From contig JAFQTS010000032.1 in the NCBI GenBank assembly GCA_017408915.1, forward strand, positions 11,507 to 75,506: DNA of 64,000 nucleotides, read 5' to 3'. The stretch is from Oscillospiraceae bacterium (GTDB lineage Bacteria; Bacillota; Clostridia; Oscillospirales; Oscillospiraceae). Shown here one piece after another: positions 46,495 through 56,644 of the stretch (its first letter is position 1; every line of letters begins with the position of its first letter). The translations under genes and the position numbers were made by a program. The notes beneath the pieces are model-generated. The model saw nothing but the letters and a program-made list of their open reading frames with translations. It ran no database searches and was not told the DNA's origin.

Positions 46495-46914
46495 ATGTTT
46501 GATCTGTTTACTGTTGCTCACGCCGCTGAGGGCGCAGCTCCCGCAGGTGGTGGTATGTCTTCCATCCTGATGATCGTTGTGATGATCGCCATTTTCTACT
46601 TCCTGCTGATCCGTCCCGAGAGCAAGCGCAAGAAGCAGGCTGAGGCAATGCGCAGTTCCCTGAAGAAGGGTGACTGGCTGACCACCATCGGTGGCGTTTA
46701 TGGCCGCGTCGTGGCAATCACCGATCGTACTGTGGTCATCGAGACCAGCGAGGATCGTGTCCGCGTCGAGTTCATTAAGTCCGCTATTGGCCAGGTTGGC
46801 ACTTTGGACGAGCAGGCCGCTGCCGCTCAGCGTGGCCGCAAGGCAGCTCCTGCCAAGGAAGAGCCCGCTCAGGTCGAGGCACCCGCTGAGGAAGAGACCA
46901 AGGTCGAAGAGTAA
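46495..46914 (+). CDS. yajC: Preprotein translocase subunit YajC
   Basis: FYFLLIRP and LKKGD..TIGG; follows tgt. Confidence 0.93.
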   Translation: MFDLFTVAHAAEGAAPAGGGMSSILMIVVMIAIFYFLLIRPESKRKKQAEAMRSSLKKGDWLTTIGGVYGRVVAITDRTVVIETSEDRVRVEFIKSAIGQVGTLDEQAAAAQRGRKAAPAKEEPAQVEAPAEEETKVEE

Positions 46915-46927
46915 TCTCACAATACCT

Positions 46928-46962
46928 AAAATGACCGTCCCTTGTAAGGACGGTCATTTTTT
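46928..46962 (+). terminator. Terminator after yajC
   Basis: AAAATGACCGTCC-cttgtaa-GGACGGTCATTTTTT. Confidence 0.85.
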
Positions 46963-47014
46963 GTGCCTGTAGGCCATATCCTTTTAGTGAGCAATAACAG
47001 GAGGGGCACAGTAA

Positions 47015-47437
47015 ATGAGTGGTGGAATTCTTTTCGAAAAGCGGACATGGATCGGACTCGGTGCAGCAGTTGGAGTGATGGGCGTAGTTTTGCTCCTTGG
47101 CTCGCTGCTGATCGTACACGGGGTTTTACCGACAGGGACAGCGGCGCCGCTGGTGTGGATCGGTTACGGAATGGCAGCGTTCATTGGAGGTCGCGTAGCC
47201 GCAGCAAGTAAGAGAGGGTGGCTATGTGCATGCATGCCGGGGTTGATGTTATATGTGCTTGCATGGCTGCTGGCATTGTGCTGTGAAGGTAAAATCGATT
47301 TTTCTGCCAACGGCGCTGGTATTACCATTATGGTGGTTCTTGGCATTTTAGCTGCCGCTTTGGGCAGCAAACCTAAGAAAAAGAGGAGACACGGAAAAAG
47401 AGGAAAGGGGACTGTGAAGAGGACGATACGCCGGTAA
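47015..47437 (+). CDS. TIGR04086-like 4-TM membrane protein
   Basis: Four TM segments, GG..AA....RGW motif, basic tail and position after yajC. Confidence 0.7.
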   Translation: MSGGILFEKRTWIGLGAAVGVMGVVLLLGSLLIVHGVLPTGTAAPLVWIGYGMAAFIGGRVAAASKRGWLCACMPGLMLYVLAWLLALCCEGKIDFSANGAGITIMVVLGILAAALGSKPKKKRRHGKRGKGTVKRTIRR

Positions 47438-47628
47438 CATAAAATGTCAAGTAGTAAAAATCACGAAAAATGAAAAATGTATTGTTTTTTTCTCGAGTTT
47501 CTTAATTTGTGTTTTTATAAAGGGTTGGAAACGGAGAAAAACAAGATGTTGTGTGGGTGTTTTGGCATATTACCACATATCGTCGCTTTTTCCAGCCTAC
47601 AAGGCGGTGACCCAATTCCGGTAAACGT

Positions 47629-47666
47629 GGTAGACATAATGTTGTTTACATAACTATTTGACATAA
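47629..47666. repeat. Three direct repeats ending in ACATAA, resembling Xer-binding arms
   Basis: GGTAGACATAA, TGTTTACATAA and ATTTGACATAA at periods of 14 and 13 bp. Confidence 0.55.
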
Positions 47667-47762
47667 TTTACAAAATTAAAAGATTACTCAAAAAAACCTT
47701 GCTTTGGCGGAAATTATAACCTATGATTATGATTGGAATTTCACCGTTAGAGGGAATTTTGC

Positions 47763-47792
47763 GTCTATTCAAGCAGCTTGTCTCATATACAT
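47763..47792 (+). promoter_or_regulatory. Candidate sigma-E promoter of the spoIIM-like gene
   Basis: GTCTATT-N14-CATATACAT upstream of RBS GAGGTG. Confidence 0.5.
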
Positions 47793-47813
47793 TTCTTGAG
47801 ATGAGGTGAGCGC

Positions 47814-48407
47814 ATGGGTAAAAGAGTAAGTACAAGGGCATACCGTACCCGATTTTCCGGTTTTTGGAGCTTGCGATTACCGGTGCTTTGTGTTTTCTTT
47901 GTTGTAGGCGTTGTGCTGGGATATGTGCTGTCGCGGCTTTTAGGCGGCGCAGAAGACCTCGCATTACAGATACAAAATTATGCGCTGCGCGCCGACGATA
48001 CTACCTCGGCCTCGCTGTTATCGCTGCTGGATCTGTATCTGCGCTATCCGCTTTTGATACTGGTCTTTGGATATTGCAGCTTTGGGGTGGTGATGCTCCC
48101 GCTGCTGCTGTCTGCACAGGGATTTACATTTTCTTTTGCTACCGCGGCACTTGCTGCTGCACTGGGGCGGAAAGGGATATTGGTAGCGCTGGCAGCATTT
48201 GGGCTTCGGAGTATTCTCAGCATTTTCTCTACACTGCTTTTGACTATGTTTGTACTGGACAGGGTGGCAGGAAACAGTGAAGGAAATGTTCGAAAAAACA
48301 GCAAGGGTATCGTGCTTTCTTTTTTCCTGTTAGCTGTGGGCATTATTCTGGAAGTGACGGTAGTACCCAGGATACTTATCCCGGTACTTAACACATTAAA
48401 ATTATGA
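47814..48407 (+). CDS. spoIIM: Stage II sporulation protein M-like membrane protein
   Basis: About 5 TM; GFTFSF and LE..V.P motifs; conserved position upstream of xerD. Confidence 0.65.
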   Translation: MGKRVSTRAYRTRFSGFWSLRLPVLCVFFVVGVVLGYVLSRLLGGAEDLALQIQNYALRADDTTSASLLSLLDLYLRYPLLILVFGYCSFGVVMLPLLLSAQGFTFSFATAALAAALGRKGILVALAAFGLRSILSIFSTLLLTMFVLDRVAGNSEGNVRKNSKGIVLSFFLLAVGIILEVTVVPRILIPVLNTLKL

Positions 48408-48438
48408 AATCGTTTATGCAAAGGAGGTGAGCGTTTTA

Positions 48439-49320
48439 ATGGCAGATTATATCGCGGCATATCATACGTATTTGGTTGAGGAAAAACATGCGCAGGCCAA
48501 TACGCTCAGCTCCTATATGCGTGACATTAATCAATATAACGCCTGGCTCGTTGAACGAGGCGGTGATCTGCGAAAGGTAAAGAAGGAAAGCATTGCCGAA
48601 TACTTTGAATACCTAAGCAGTAAAGGAAAATCCCCTGCTACCATTACGCGCTCTACTGCCTCCATTAAGTCCTTTTATAACTTTATGGTTTCTTCCGGTG
48701 CGATGAAGACCAATCCCGCAAAAACCCTTACCAGTGTGAAAGTGGAGCGGAAGTATCCTGAGATCCTCACTAGTAAGGAAGTTGAGTTGTTTCTGGAGCA
48801 ACCCAAGTGTGTGGATGAAAAGGGTTTCCGCGATCACGCTATGTTGGAACTGCTTTATGCTACCGGAATTCGTGTGTCTGAGCTGATCGGCCTCAATGTA
48901 GAGGATGTTAATTTGACGGTCGGCTTTATTCGCTGCGCAGCAAAAGAGAAAGAGAGAATCATTCCCCTTTACGCCGCCGCGGTGAAGGCGCTGCAGGACT
49001 ACATCAAGGACATTCGTCCTCGCATCATTGCCAGCGATGATGAATCTGCGTTATTCGTCAATATGAATGGCGAGCGTATGAGCCGTCAGGGTTTTTGGAA
49101 GATCATCAAGTACTATCAGGAAAAAGCGGAGATCACCAAAGAAGTTACGCCTCATACCTTACGCCACAGTTTTGCGGTGCATTTGTTGGAGAATGGCGCC
49201 GATCTTCGCTCCATTCAGGAGATGCTTGGTCATGCTGATATTTCTTCTACTCAGATCTACACCCATGTGGTACAGAAACAGTTGAAAGATGTTTATAACA
49301 AGGCTCACCCCAGAGCGTAA
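48439..49320 (+). CDS. xerD: Site-specific tyrosine recombinase XerD
   Basis: LYATGIRVSEL, KERIIP, HTLRHSFA, LGH..ISSTQIY and HPRA terminus. Confidence 0.93.
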   Translation: MADYIAAYHTYLVEEKHAQANTLSSYMRDINQYNAWLVERGGDLRKVKKESIAEYFEYLSSKGKSPATITRSTASIKSFYNFMVSSGAMKTNPAKTLTSVKVERKYPEILTSKEVELFLEQPKCVDEKGFRDHAMLELLYATGIRVSELIGLNVEDVNLTVGFIRCAAKEKERIIPLYAAAVKALQDYIKDIRPRIIASDDESALFVNMNGERMSRQGFWKIIKYYQEKAEITKEVTPHTLRHSFAVHLLENGADLRSIQEMLGHADISSTQIYTHVVQKQLKDVYNKAHPRA

Positions 49321-49414
49321 GGGGTGAGCTTTTTTATCTTTGTAAAGGCTTGCGGCGTTGCGAAATGGCAAAAGGTATGATACAATGTCCACACGAAGAT
49401 GCGGAGGTAACACC

Positions 49415-50065
49415 ATGGAAGAGAGAAGCTTTACCTTTCATATTAGCCCCTATGATGTGAAAAAACTTTTGCCGCAATTAAGTGTGGCGTTGGAGAAGAG
49501 GTCTGCGTTGCTCTCCCGTGAACGCTATCCCCAGGTATGGAGTGTGACGGATAAGCTGAACGCGCAGAATGAGGCGCGAAATTATAAGCCCATGCTCTCA
49601 CGAGGAAAGAGTATCCTTTTCTTGATTTTGGGCATTATTTTGGTCGTTCCCGGTCTTGTGAATCCCCAACAGATGCTTGTTCCGCTTTTGTTTGGTATCA
49701 TCGGCATTGTTGTCGGTGTCCGTGGACTGACGAGTACAGGGAACGCGATGATGAATCGCATGAAGAAGCGTTTCGATGCCTCTGCGAAACAGCTGCTGGC
49801 AGAAAAAGATCGCCTTACAGAAAAGGACTGTGTTACGATTACGTTCACAGAAGAGGGAATCCGCTATCCTATTGACGAGGGCGAGTACGAGTGTATTGCT
49901 TACGACGTGTTTGAATCTGTGGTGGAAGCAGCAGATCTATATTTGATCGTATTTGATACCAGTGTGACCGTTTTGCAGAAGGCGGATTTGGTGGGCGGTG
50001 ACTTTACCGCATTCCATACATTCCTCAGCGAGAAGATCACCCATTTTGTCACGGAAGAAGATTGA
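49415..50065 (+). CDS. YcxB-like membrane protein
   Basis: Two TM helices followed by a beta-rich domain (FTEEGI...Y...VVE...LYLI). Confidence 0.65.
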   Translation: MEERSFTFHISPYDVKKLLPQLSVALEKRSALLSRERYPQVWSVTDKLNAQNEARNYKPMLSRGKSILFLILGIILVVPGLVNPQQMLVPLLFGIIGIVVGVRGLTSTGNAMMNRMKKRFDASAKQLLAEKDRLTEKDCVTITFTEEGIRYPIDEGEYECIAYDVFESVVEAADLYLIVFDTSVTVLQKADLVGGDFTAFHTFLSEKITHFVTEED

Positions 50066-50200
50066 AGTAGAAAGCGCCTTGCCCTCAAAACGGGCAGGGT
50101 GCTTTTTGCACCTTTGTGATCGTAATTTCACCTTGCTATCAGCTTTCGGTTGCGGTATAATAAATTGATTAGAGATTTCCATAGGGGAGGCGATGGCGAT

Positions 50201-50713
50201 ATGAGAATACTGGGTATTGACCCCGGCGTTGCCATCGTCGGCTTCGGCGTGGTGGACAGCGAAGGCGGTACACAGCACATGGTGCAGTATGGCGCCATCA
50301 ATACCCCTGCCAATACGCCGCTGGCGGCCCGTTTGGTGCAGATCGAGCAAGACTTGATGGAACTTTTACAGCAGTTCAAGCCCGACGAGGTGGCCATTGA
50401 AGAGCTGTTTTTCAGCAAAAATATCACCACAGGTATCGCGGTTGCCCATGCTCGCGGCGTGATTTTGGCTACTGTTGAGAAAGCGGGTATTCCCCTATAT
50501 GAATATACCCCTATGCAGGTCAAGCAGGCCGTGGTTGGCTACGGTCTTGCGGAAAAGAATCAAGTGATGGACATGACGAAGCGACTGCTGAAGCTGCGTT
50601 CTATCCCAAAACCCGATGATGCCGCTGATGCTTTGGCCATCGCTATCTGCCATGCCCGCAGCGCCACCAGCTTACTGCGGCGCGTTGCACCCCAAGGAAA
50701 GGAGACGGTATAA
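50201..50713 (+). CDS. ruvC: Holliday junction resolvase RuvC
   Basis: ILGIDPG, AIEELFF and DDAADALA. Confidence 0.97.
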   Translation: MRILGIDPGVAIVGFGVVDSEGGTQHMVQYGAINTPANTPLAARLVQIEQDLMELLQQFKPDEVAIEELFFSKNITTGIAVAHARGVILATVEKAGIPLYEYTPMQVKQAVVGYGLAEKNQVMDMTKRLLKLRSIPKPDDAADALAIAICHARSATSLLRRVAPQGKETV

Positions 50714-51318
50714 TGTTTTACTATTTGAGCGGCACGGTTGCCGAAACAGAAGCCAATTTGGCGGTCATCGATTGTGGCGGCGTAGGCTACGCCTGTGCTA
50801 CCACCAACTATACTCTCTCCCAGCTGAAGAAGGGGGCGCAGGCCAAGCTCTATACCTATCTCAATGTCCGCGAGGATGCCATGGAACTGTTTGGCTTCTA
50901 TAGCCGCAGCGAACTGCGGTGCTTTAAGCTGCTCATTGGCGTGTCCGGTGTTGGCCCGAAGGCGGCATTGGCGATTCTCTCTTCCAACACGCCGGAGAAT
51001 CTCACTATGGCCATCGTGACAGAGAATGAAAAGGCGTTGACAGCCGTACCCGGTATCGGCAAGAAGATTGCCCAGCGCATTATTTTGGAGCTGAAAGATA
51101 AACTGGCAAAGGCGGAGGATGAGCTGTCCTTCAGTGGTGTCAGCGGCGCGGCAATGCCCGCTGCGGTGCAAGGTGATAAGGCCAAGGAAGCCGCTGCTGC
51201 GCTGAGCGTCCTTGGCTATGGCCCTGCGGAGATCAACATGGCCCTCAAGGGCGTGGATATGGCCTCTCTGCCCTTGGAAGAGATCATAAGACAGGCGCTG
51301 AAGCATATGGTGAAGTAA
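50713..51318 (+). CDS. ruvA: Holliday junction branch migration protein RuvA
   Basis: GGVGY, VREDA and HhH motifs GVGPK and GIGKK. Confidence 0.97.
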   Translation: MFYYLSGTVAETEANLAVIDCGGVGYACATTNYTLSQLKKGAQAKLYTYLNVREDAMELFGFYSRSELRCFKLLIGVSGVGPKAALAILSSNTPENLTMAIVTENEKALTAVPGIGKKIAQRIILELKDKLAKAEDELSFSGVSGAAMPAAVQGDKAKEAAAALSVLGYGPAEINMALKGVDMASLPLEEIIRQALKHMVK

Positions 51319-51331
51319 GGAGGGAAGTCGC

Positions 51332-52372
51332 TTGAGCATTGATTACGGCACAGATATCTACGAAGAGCCTATCGTAGCAAAGACATTTTTGCAGGAGGAC
51401 GCGCAGGAGCGCTCTCTCCGTCCTCATACACTGAAAGAATACATCGGCCAGGCCAAGGCTAAGGATAACCTCTCCGTCTTTATTGAGGCGGCAAAGCGCC
51501 GTACGGAATCCCTTGACCATGTGCTGCTCCACGGCCCTCCCGGCCTTGGTAAAACTACGCTGGCGGGCATTATTGCTGCGGAGATGGGTGTCAATATCCG
51601 CATTACCTCCGGCCCTGCTATTGAAAAGCCCGGCGATCTGGCGGCACTGCTGACTAATCTCAATGAAAATGACATCCTCTTTGTAGATGAGATCCATCGT
51701 CTCAACCGCGCGGTGGAGGAGATCTTGTATCCTGCCATGGAGGACTATGCCATTGACATCATCATCGGCAAAGGCCCTTCTGCCAATTCCATTCGCCTTG
51801 ATTTGCCCCATTTTACGCTAATCGGCGCAACGACGCGGGCAGGCTCTCTGTCTGCACCTCTCCGTGACCGCTTCGGTGTTACGCTGCGCTTGGAGCTGTA
51901 TACCCCCGAGGAATTGCAGGAGATCGTCACCCGCAGCGCAGGTATCCTCGATGTCCCCATTGAGCCCGATGGCGCAATGGAGATCGCCCGCCGTAGCCGC
52001 GGTACGCCCCGTATCGCCAACCGTATGCTGCGCCGCGTCCGCGACTTTGCCGAGGTCAAGGCCAATGGCGTCATCACCAAGGAAGTGGCAGACCATGCGC
52101 TGCTGGCGCTGGAGGTGGACTATCTCGGTCTTGATAACGTTGACCGCCGTATGCTGCGCTCTATCATTGAAAATTACGGTGGAGGCCCTGTGGGTCTTGA
52201 TACGTTGGCCGCTACCATCGGCGAGGAGTCGGTGACGCTGGAGGATGTCTACGAGCCCTATTTGATGCAGCTTGGTTTCTTAAAGCGTACACCCCGTGGC
52301 CGCTGCGTGACCCAGCGCGCCTATGAGCATCTGCACATGGATTTTGATGGGCAGACACAGTTGGAACTGTAA
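51332..52372 (+). CDS. ruvB: Holliday junction branch migration helicase RuvB
   Basis: [19 protein letters not shown] and EPYL; TTG start. Confidence 0.97.
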   Translation: MSIDYGTDIYEEPIVAKTFLQEDAQERSLRPHTLKEYIGQAKAKDNLSVFIEAAKRRTESLDHVLLHGPPGLGKTTLAGIIAAEMGVNIRITSGPAIEKPGDLAALLTNLNENDILFVDEIHRLNRAVEEILYPAMEDYAIDIIIGKGPSANSIRLDLPHFTLIGATTRAGSLSAPLRDRFGVTLRLELYTPEELQEIVTRSAGILDVPIEPDGAMEIARRSRGTPRIANRMLRRVRDFAEVKANGVITKEVADHALLALEVDYLGLDNVDRRMLRSIIENYGGGPVGLDTLAATIGEESVTLEDVYEPYLMQLGFLKRTPRGRCVTQRAYEHLHMDFDGQTQLEL

Positions 52373-52388
52373 TTAAAGGAGTTACTCT

Positions 52389-53738
52389 ATGGCAAAATTG
52401 TTCGGTACAGACGGCATCCGCGGTGTTGCGGGTAAGAATCTTACAGCAGAGCTGGCCTATCAGGTAGGTCAGGCGGTTTGCGCTGTTCTGCAAGAGAACC
52501 TTGAGCGGAAAGTCCGTATTACCATCGGCAAGGACACCCGTATTTCTTCGGATATGCTGGAATCTGCTCTGTGTGCAGGTATCTGTTCCGTGGGCGGCGA
52601 TGTGGTGCTGTTGGGCACGATCCCTACGCCTGCCGTTGCCTTTTTGACGGTGCAGCAGGGGTGTGATGCCGGCATCGTGATCTCCGCAAGCCACAATCCC
52701 TATGAACATAACGGCATTAAAGTATTCAATTCCAAGGGCTACAAGCTGCCCGATGAAATGGAACTTGAGGTGGAGCGCCGCATCCTTGAGGATGTGGCGA
52801 TGCCTGTCAAGATCGGTGGTGAGATCGGCCGCTGCGTCCACAGTGAGCGGGAGACGCACAGCGACTATGTTGCTCATTTGATTTCTACCATTGATTGTGA
52901 TTTGTCCGGTTTGCGTGTCATGGTGGACTGCGCTAACGGTGCCGCTGCCGCCACAGCGCCGCAGCTGTTCCGCCAGCTGCCCATTATGGCAGATTTCATC
53001 AGTATCGATCCCGACGGTGTAAATATCAATGCCGATTGCGGCTCTACCCATATGGAGACCCTTGCCAGCATGACCGTGGCAGGGAAGTACGACCTCGGTA
53101 TCGCCTTTGACGGCGATGCTGACCGCTGTTTGCTGGTAGATGAGCAGGGCAATATGATTGATGGCGACAAGGTTCTGGCTGTCTGCGCCGCCAAACTGCG
53201 CAGGGAAGGGAAGCTTACCAACGACACTATCGTGGCTACCGTCATGTCCAATCTCGGCCTCCACGAGTATTGCCGCAACGAGAACCTTGCCCTTATCTGC
53301 ACCGCAGTTGGTGACCGTAATGTGCTGGAAAAGATGCTGGAGGACGATTATGCCCTCGGTGGTGAGCAGTCGGGTCATACTATCTTCCGCGAGTATGCTA
53401 CCACCGGTGACGGTCAGCTGACGGCGCTGCAGTTCCTCTGCGCGCTGGCGCAGTCCGGTATGAAAGCCTCGGAACTGGTGTCCTGCTGCAAGCAGTATCC
53501 CCAGGTGCTGATCAATGTGACCCTCGGTGACGAGGACGGTGCAAAAGAGCGCGTCCTCTCCAGTGATGCTCTGTGGGATGCCGTGAAGGAAAAAGAAGCG
53601 GAATTAGCAGGGGAGGGGCGCATCCTGATCCGTGCCTCCGGCACCGAGCCGCTGATCCGTGTAATGGTGGAAGCCAAAACAGATGAAATTGCCCACAAAA
53701 CGGCGACAGATTTGGCAGATATGGTAAAAACGCTTTGA
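52389..53738 (+). CDS. glmM: Phosphoglucosamine mutase
   Basis: FGTDGIRG, SASHNP, DGDADR, GGEQSGH and RASGTEP. Confidence 0.96.
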   Translation: MAKLFGTDGIRGVAGKNLTAELAYQVGQAVCAVLQENLERKVRITIGKDTRISSDMLESALCAGICSVGGDVVLLGTIPTPAVAFLTVQQGCDAGIVISASHNPYEHNGIKVFNSKGYKLPDEMELEVERRILEDVAMPVKIGGEIGRCVHSERETHSDYVAHLISTIDCDLSGLRVMVDCANGAAAATAPQLFRQLPIMADFISIDPDGVNINADCGSTHMETLASMTVAGKYDLGIAFDGDADRCLLVDEQGNMIDGDKVLAVCAAKLRREGKLTNDTIVATVMSNLGLHEYCRNENLALICTAVGDRNVLEKMLEDDYALGGEQSGHTIFREYATTGDGQLTALQFLCALAQSGMKASELVSCCKQYPQVLINVTLGDEDGAKERVLSSDALWDAVKEKEAELAGEGRILIRASGTEPLIRVMVEAKTDEIAHKTATDLADMVKTL

Positions 53739-53773
53739 AAAAAAGGGCATTTTCACAAATATTCACAGATTGC

Positions 53774-53803
53774 TTGACAAATTATTTATGAAAAGAGTAT
53801 AAT
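53774..53803 (+). promoter_or_regulatory. Consensus sigma-A promoter upstream of sigH
   Basis: TTGACA-18-TATAAT, 5 nt before the ATG at 53809. Confidence 0.65.
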
Positions 53804-53808
53804 CAGAA

Positions 53809-54426
53809 ATGTTGAACGGTAAAGAAACAGGTTTTCCTTATTTGGAGACTCTATCGGACGAAGTGCTTTGCGCCGAGGTGCGTCAGGGAAACCGTATTGC
53901 CGAGGAAGTTTTGGCATCGCGGTATCACCGACTTGTGCGTTCCATCGCCCATCCGTACTTTTTGGCGGGAGGCGATCATGAAGATCTTCTCCAGGAGGGA
54001 ATGTTGGGCCTTATCAAGGCGATTCGTGAATACGACCCGGAGCAGGGGGCGTCTTTTGCCACCTTTGCCGATGTGTGTATTCGCCGCCGGCTCTATACCG
54101 TGCTGAAGGCTGCCGCCTCCGGCAAACATAAAGCATTAAATCAGGCAATTCCCTTGAATCCTTCGCTCTTTGACCTCGCTTTTGCACAGAACGACCCCGA
54201 GCTATTGCTGATCGACAGAGAAAAGACCGCCGATCTTCTCGAGTACGCTTGCAAACAGTTATCCACCTTTGAAGCCAAGATTTTAGGGTACTATTTAGAA
54301 GGTCTTACCTGTCGTGAGATCGCACAAACTGTGGGCAAGCCGCCGAAATCGGTGGAAAATGCTGTACAGCGCATCCGCCGAAAAATAGGGCGGGAACTTC
54401 ATCAAGGCGATATCAGCAATGGCTGA
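53809..54426 (+). CDS. sigH: RNA polymerase sigma factor, SigH-like
   Basis: YFLAGGD.EDL.QEGM.GL, KHKALN and KSVENAVQRIRRK. Confidence 0.85.
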   Translation: MLNGKETGFPYLETLSDEVLCAEVRQGNRIAEEVLASRYHRLVRSIAHPYFLAGGDHEDLLQEGMLGLIKAIREYDPEQGASFATFADVCIRRRLYTVLKAAASGKHKALNQAIPLNPSLFDLAFAQNDPELLLIDREKTADLLEYACKQLSTFEAKILGYYLEGLTCREIAQTVGKPPKSVENAVQRIRRKIGRELHQGDISNG

Positions 54427-54463
54427 GCGCAATATATTTTTTCTCAAAAGAGAGGGTAAAATC

Positions 54464-54742
54464 ATGTACGAAGACAAGACTTTAGTTTGCAAAGAGTGTG
54501 GTAGTGAGTTCGTGTTCACCGCCGGTGAGCAGGAGTTCTATGCAGAGCGCGGCTTCCAGAACGAGCCCCAGCGCTGCAAGGCTTGCCGCGATGCTCGCAA
54601 GAACGCTGCTCGCGGTCCCCGTGAGTACTTTACCGCTGTTTGCGCCGCTTGCGGCGGCGAGGCAAAGGTTCCCTTCGAGCCCAAGTCCGATCGTCCCGTT
54701 TACTGCAGCGATTGCTTCGCTAAGATGCGTCAGGACGGCTAA
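54464..54742 (+). CDS. Zinc-ribbon / CxxC-x17-CxxC domain protein
   Basis: DKTLVCKECG..F.FT.GEQ.FY, four CxxC pairs and RPVYCSDC. Confidence 0.9.
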   Translation: MYEDKTLVCKECGSEFVFTAGEQEFYAERGFQNEPQRCKACRDARKNAARGPREYFTAVCAACGGEAKVPFEPKSDRPVYCSDCFAKMRQDG

Positions 54743-54776
54743 TCAAACCACACACTTTGATTACAATTTTATAAAC

Positions 54777-54808
54777 AAAGAGGACACACGATTCGTGTGT
54801 CCTCTTTT
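54777..54808 (+). terminator. Terminator after the zinc-ribbon gene
   Basis: AAAGAGGACACACGA-t-TCGTGTGTCCTCTTTT. Confidence 0.8.
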
Positions 54809-54894
54809 CTATATTTACTGTGCATTTTTCTGTTGAAACTTATCCTTATTTGGGGTATACTATATGAGATATCAAATTTCGGAGGTAAATTCCC

Positions 54895-55104
54895 ATGATC
54901 GAAATCACCAAGGATACCATTATCGGCGATATTCTGGACATCGCTCCTCAGACCGCTCCTGTGTTCCTGTCCATCGGTATGCACTGCTTGGGCTGCCCCT
55001 CTTCCCGCGGCGAGACCGTTGAAGAGGCTTGCGCCGTTCACGGTGTGGATGTTGACAAGCTGCTGGCAGTGGTCAACGAGGTCGCCAACAAGAAGGCTGA
55101 GTAA
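54895..55104 (+). CDS. DUF1858 domain protein (hybrid-cluster-associated redox disulfide domain)
   Basis: GMHCLGCPSS.GET.EEA..VHG. Confidence 0.9.
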   Translation: MIEITKDTIIGDILDIAPQTAPVFLSIGMHCLGCPSSRGETVEEACAVHGVDVDKLLAVVNEVANKKAE

Positions 55105-55169
55105 GTAAAGTATCGTAGCTGAACGCATACGGTTGTGCCGTATGCGTTTGCTATGCTTTTGGAGAGAGA

Positions 55170-55859
55170 ATGAGACAGTTACAGTTACAACCCCGTCTGC
55201 AGCTTTTGGCCTCGCTGATTCCTGAGGGCAGCCGTTTAGCAGATGTGGGGACAGACCATGGTTATGTGCCTGTGTATCTCCTGCAGCGCGGCTTGATCGA
55301 GGGGGCAATCGCTTCTGACATCGGCGCTGAGCCTTTGCAGCACGCAAAAAATACGGCTGCGGAGTATGAGGTAGAGGGGATCGACTTCCGCCTGTGCCCG
55401 GGTCTCGATGCTGTTGCGCCTGAAGAATGCGATACTATCCTGATTGCAGGCATGGGCGGTGAGACCATCATTACCATTTTAGAAAATGCCCCGTGGACGA
55501 AGAGGGGAGAGCATCTCCTCCTGCTGCAGCCTATGACGAAGGTGGAAATGCTGCGTAAATGGCTTGCTGACAACGGATACACCTTTACAGGTGAACGGTT
55601 AGTGTTTGATAAAGATCATCTCTATCCCATTATGTTGGTGCAGGGTGGAACGCAGGAAAAACTGACCTTAGGGCAGCAATACGGCGGCGTGATGCTGGAT
55701 GGCGACCCGCTGTACGGCGAATACCTTGATGAGCGTATTATGAAGCTGACGGTAGCCATTGACGGCTTGATGCGCGCCAAGGATGAAGGACACCGTGCTA
55801 CAGCGCAGGAAATGGACGCAATCCGCACGGCACTGGTTGAGAAAAGGAGAACGATATGA
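55170..55859 (+). CDS. trmK: tRNA (adenine22-N1)-methyltransferase
   Basis: ADVGTDHGY.P, IAGMGG and LQP. Confidence 0.92.
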   Translation: MRQLQLQPRLQLLASLIPEGSRLADVGTDHGYVPVYLLQRGLIEGAIASDIGAEPLQHAKNTAAEYEVEGIDFRLCPGLDAVAPEECDTILIAGMGGETIITILENAPWTKRGEHLLLLQPMTKVEMLRKWLADNGYTFTGERLVFDKDHLYPIMLVQGGTQEKLTLGQQYGGVMLDGDPLYGEYLDERIMKLTVAIDGLMRAKDEGHRATAQEMDAIRTALVEKRRTI

Positions 55860-56641
55860 TCACGGTTCGTGACGTTGAGAAGTATTTGTATAGTTGGGCA
55901 CCTCGTGAACTGGCAGAGAGCTGGGACAATGTGGGCTTGCTGGTAGGCGATGGGGAAGCAGAAGTAAAGCATGTGCTGGTGTCCCTCGACATTACCGAGG
56001 CGGTGGTGGACGAGGCTGTGGCACTGGGCGCAGACCTCATTGTGGCACATCACCCCATTATGAACTGCACTTGGCATCCTGTTCAGTCCTTGACCAGTGA
56101 TAGTGCTTTGGGCCGTATGGTTGGCAAGCTGATGAAGAACGGTATTTCTGCCATCTGCATGCACACCAATCTGGATGCTGCCGAGGGTGGTGTCAACGAT
56201 ATTTTGGCCCAGACCCTCGGTTTGACCGACCTTGTTTCTCTCACTGAAGAAAAAATCGGTCGTGTCGGCACATTAAAATGTGAAATGCCCCTTGTAGAGT
56301 TCGTACAAGATGTGGTAAAATATTTGGGATGTAACGGTGCACGGTTTACCGACTGTGGTAAGCGTGTCCATCGTGTGGCAGTAGGCGGCGGTGCTTGCGG
56401 TGATTATATCCCTCAAGCCATCGCTTTGGGCTGCGATACTTTCGTGACCTCCGACCTGAAGTACCACGCATTTTTGGATACCAAAGAGCTGAACCTCGTT
56501 GATGCGGGACATTTCCCCACAGAGAATGTGGTTTGTCCCGTGGTGGTGAAGCAATTGGAAACAGCGTTTCCTGCACTGGAAGTTACATTGACAAAAGTCC
56601 ACGACCGTGAGGTCATTCAATACTGCACAAAGGAGAACTAA
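55856..56641 (+). CDS. Nif3-like dinuclear metal center protein
   Basis: WDNVGL, AHHP, HTNLD and DAGHF.TE. Confidence 0.93.
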   Translation: MITVRDVEKYLYSWAPRELAESWDNVGLLVGDGEAEVKHVLVSLDITEAVVDEAVALGADLIVAHHPIMNCTWHPVQSLTSDSALGRMVGKLMKNGISAICMHTNLDAAEGGVNDILAQTLGLTDLVSLTEEKIGRVGTLKCEMPLVEFVQDVVKYLGCNGARFTDCGKRVHRVAVGGGACGDYIPQAIALGCDTFVTSDLKYHAFLDTKELNLVDAGHFPTENVVCPVVVKQLETAFPALEVTLTKVHDREVIQYCTKEN

Positions 56642-56644
56642 ACC

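Noticed and set aside
48439-49320. Tyrosine recombinase as a prophage or ICE integrase
   Set aside because: Length, HPRA terminus and spoIIM adjacency identify housekeeping XerD; no phage or conjugation genes are nearby
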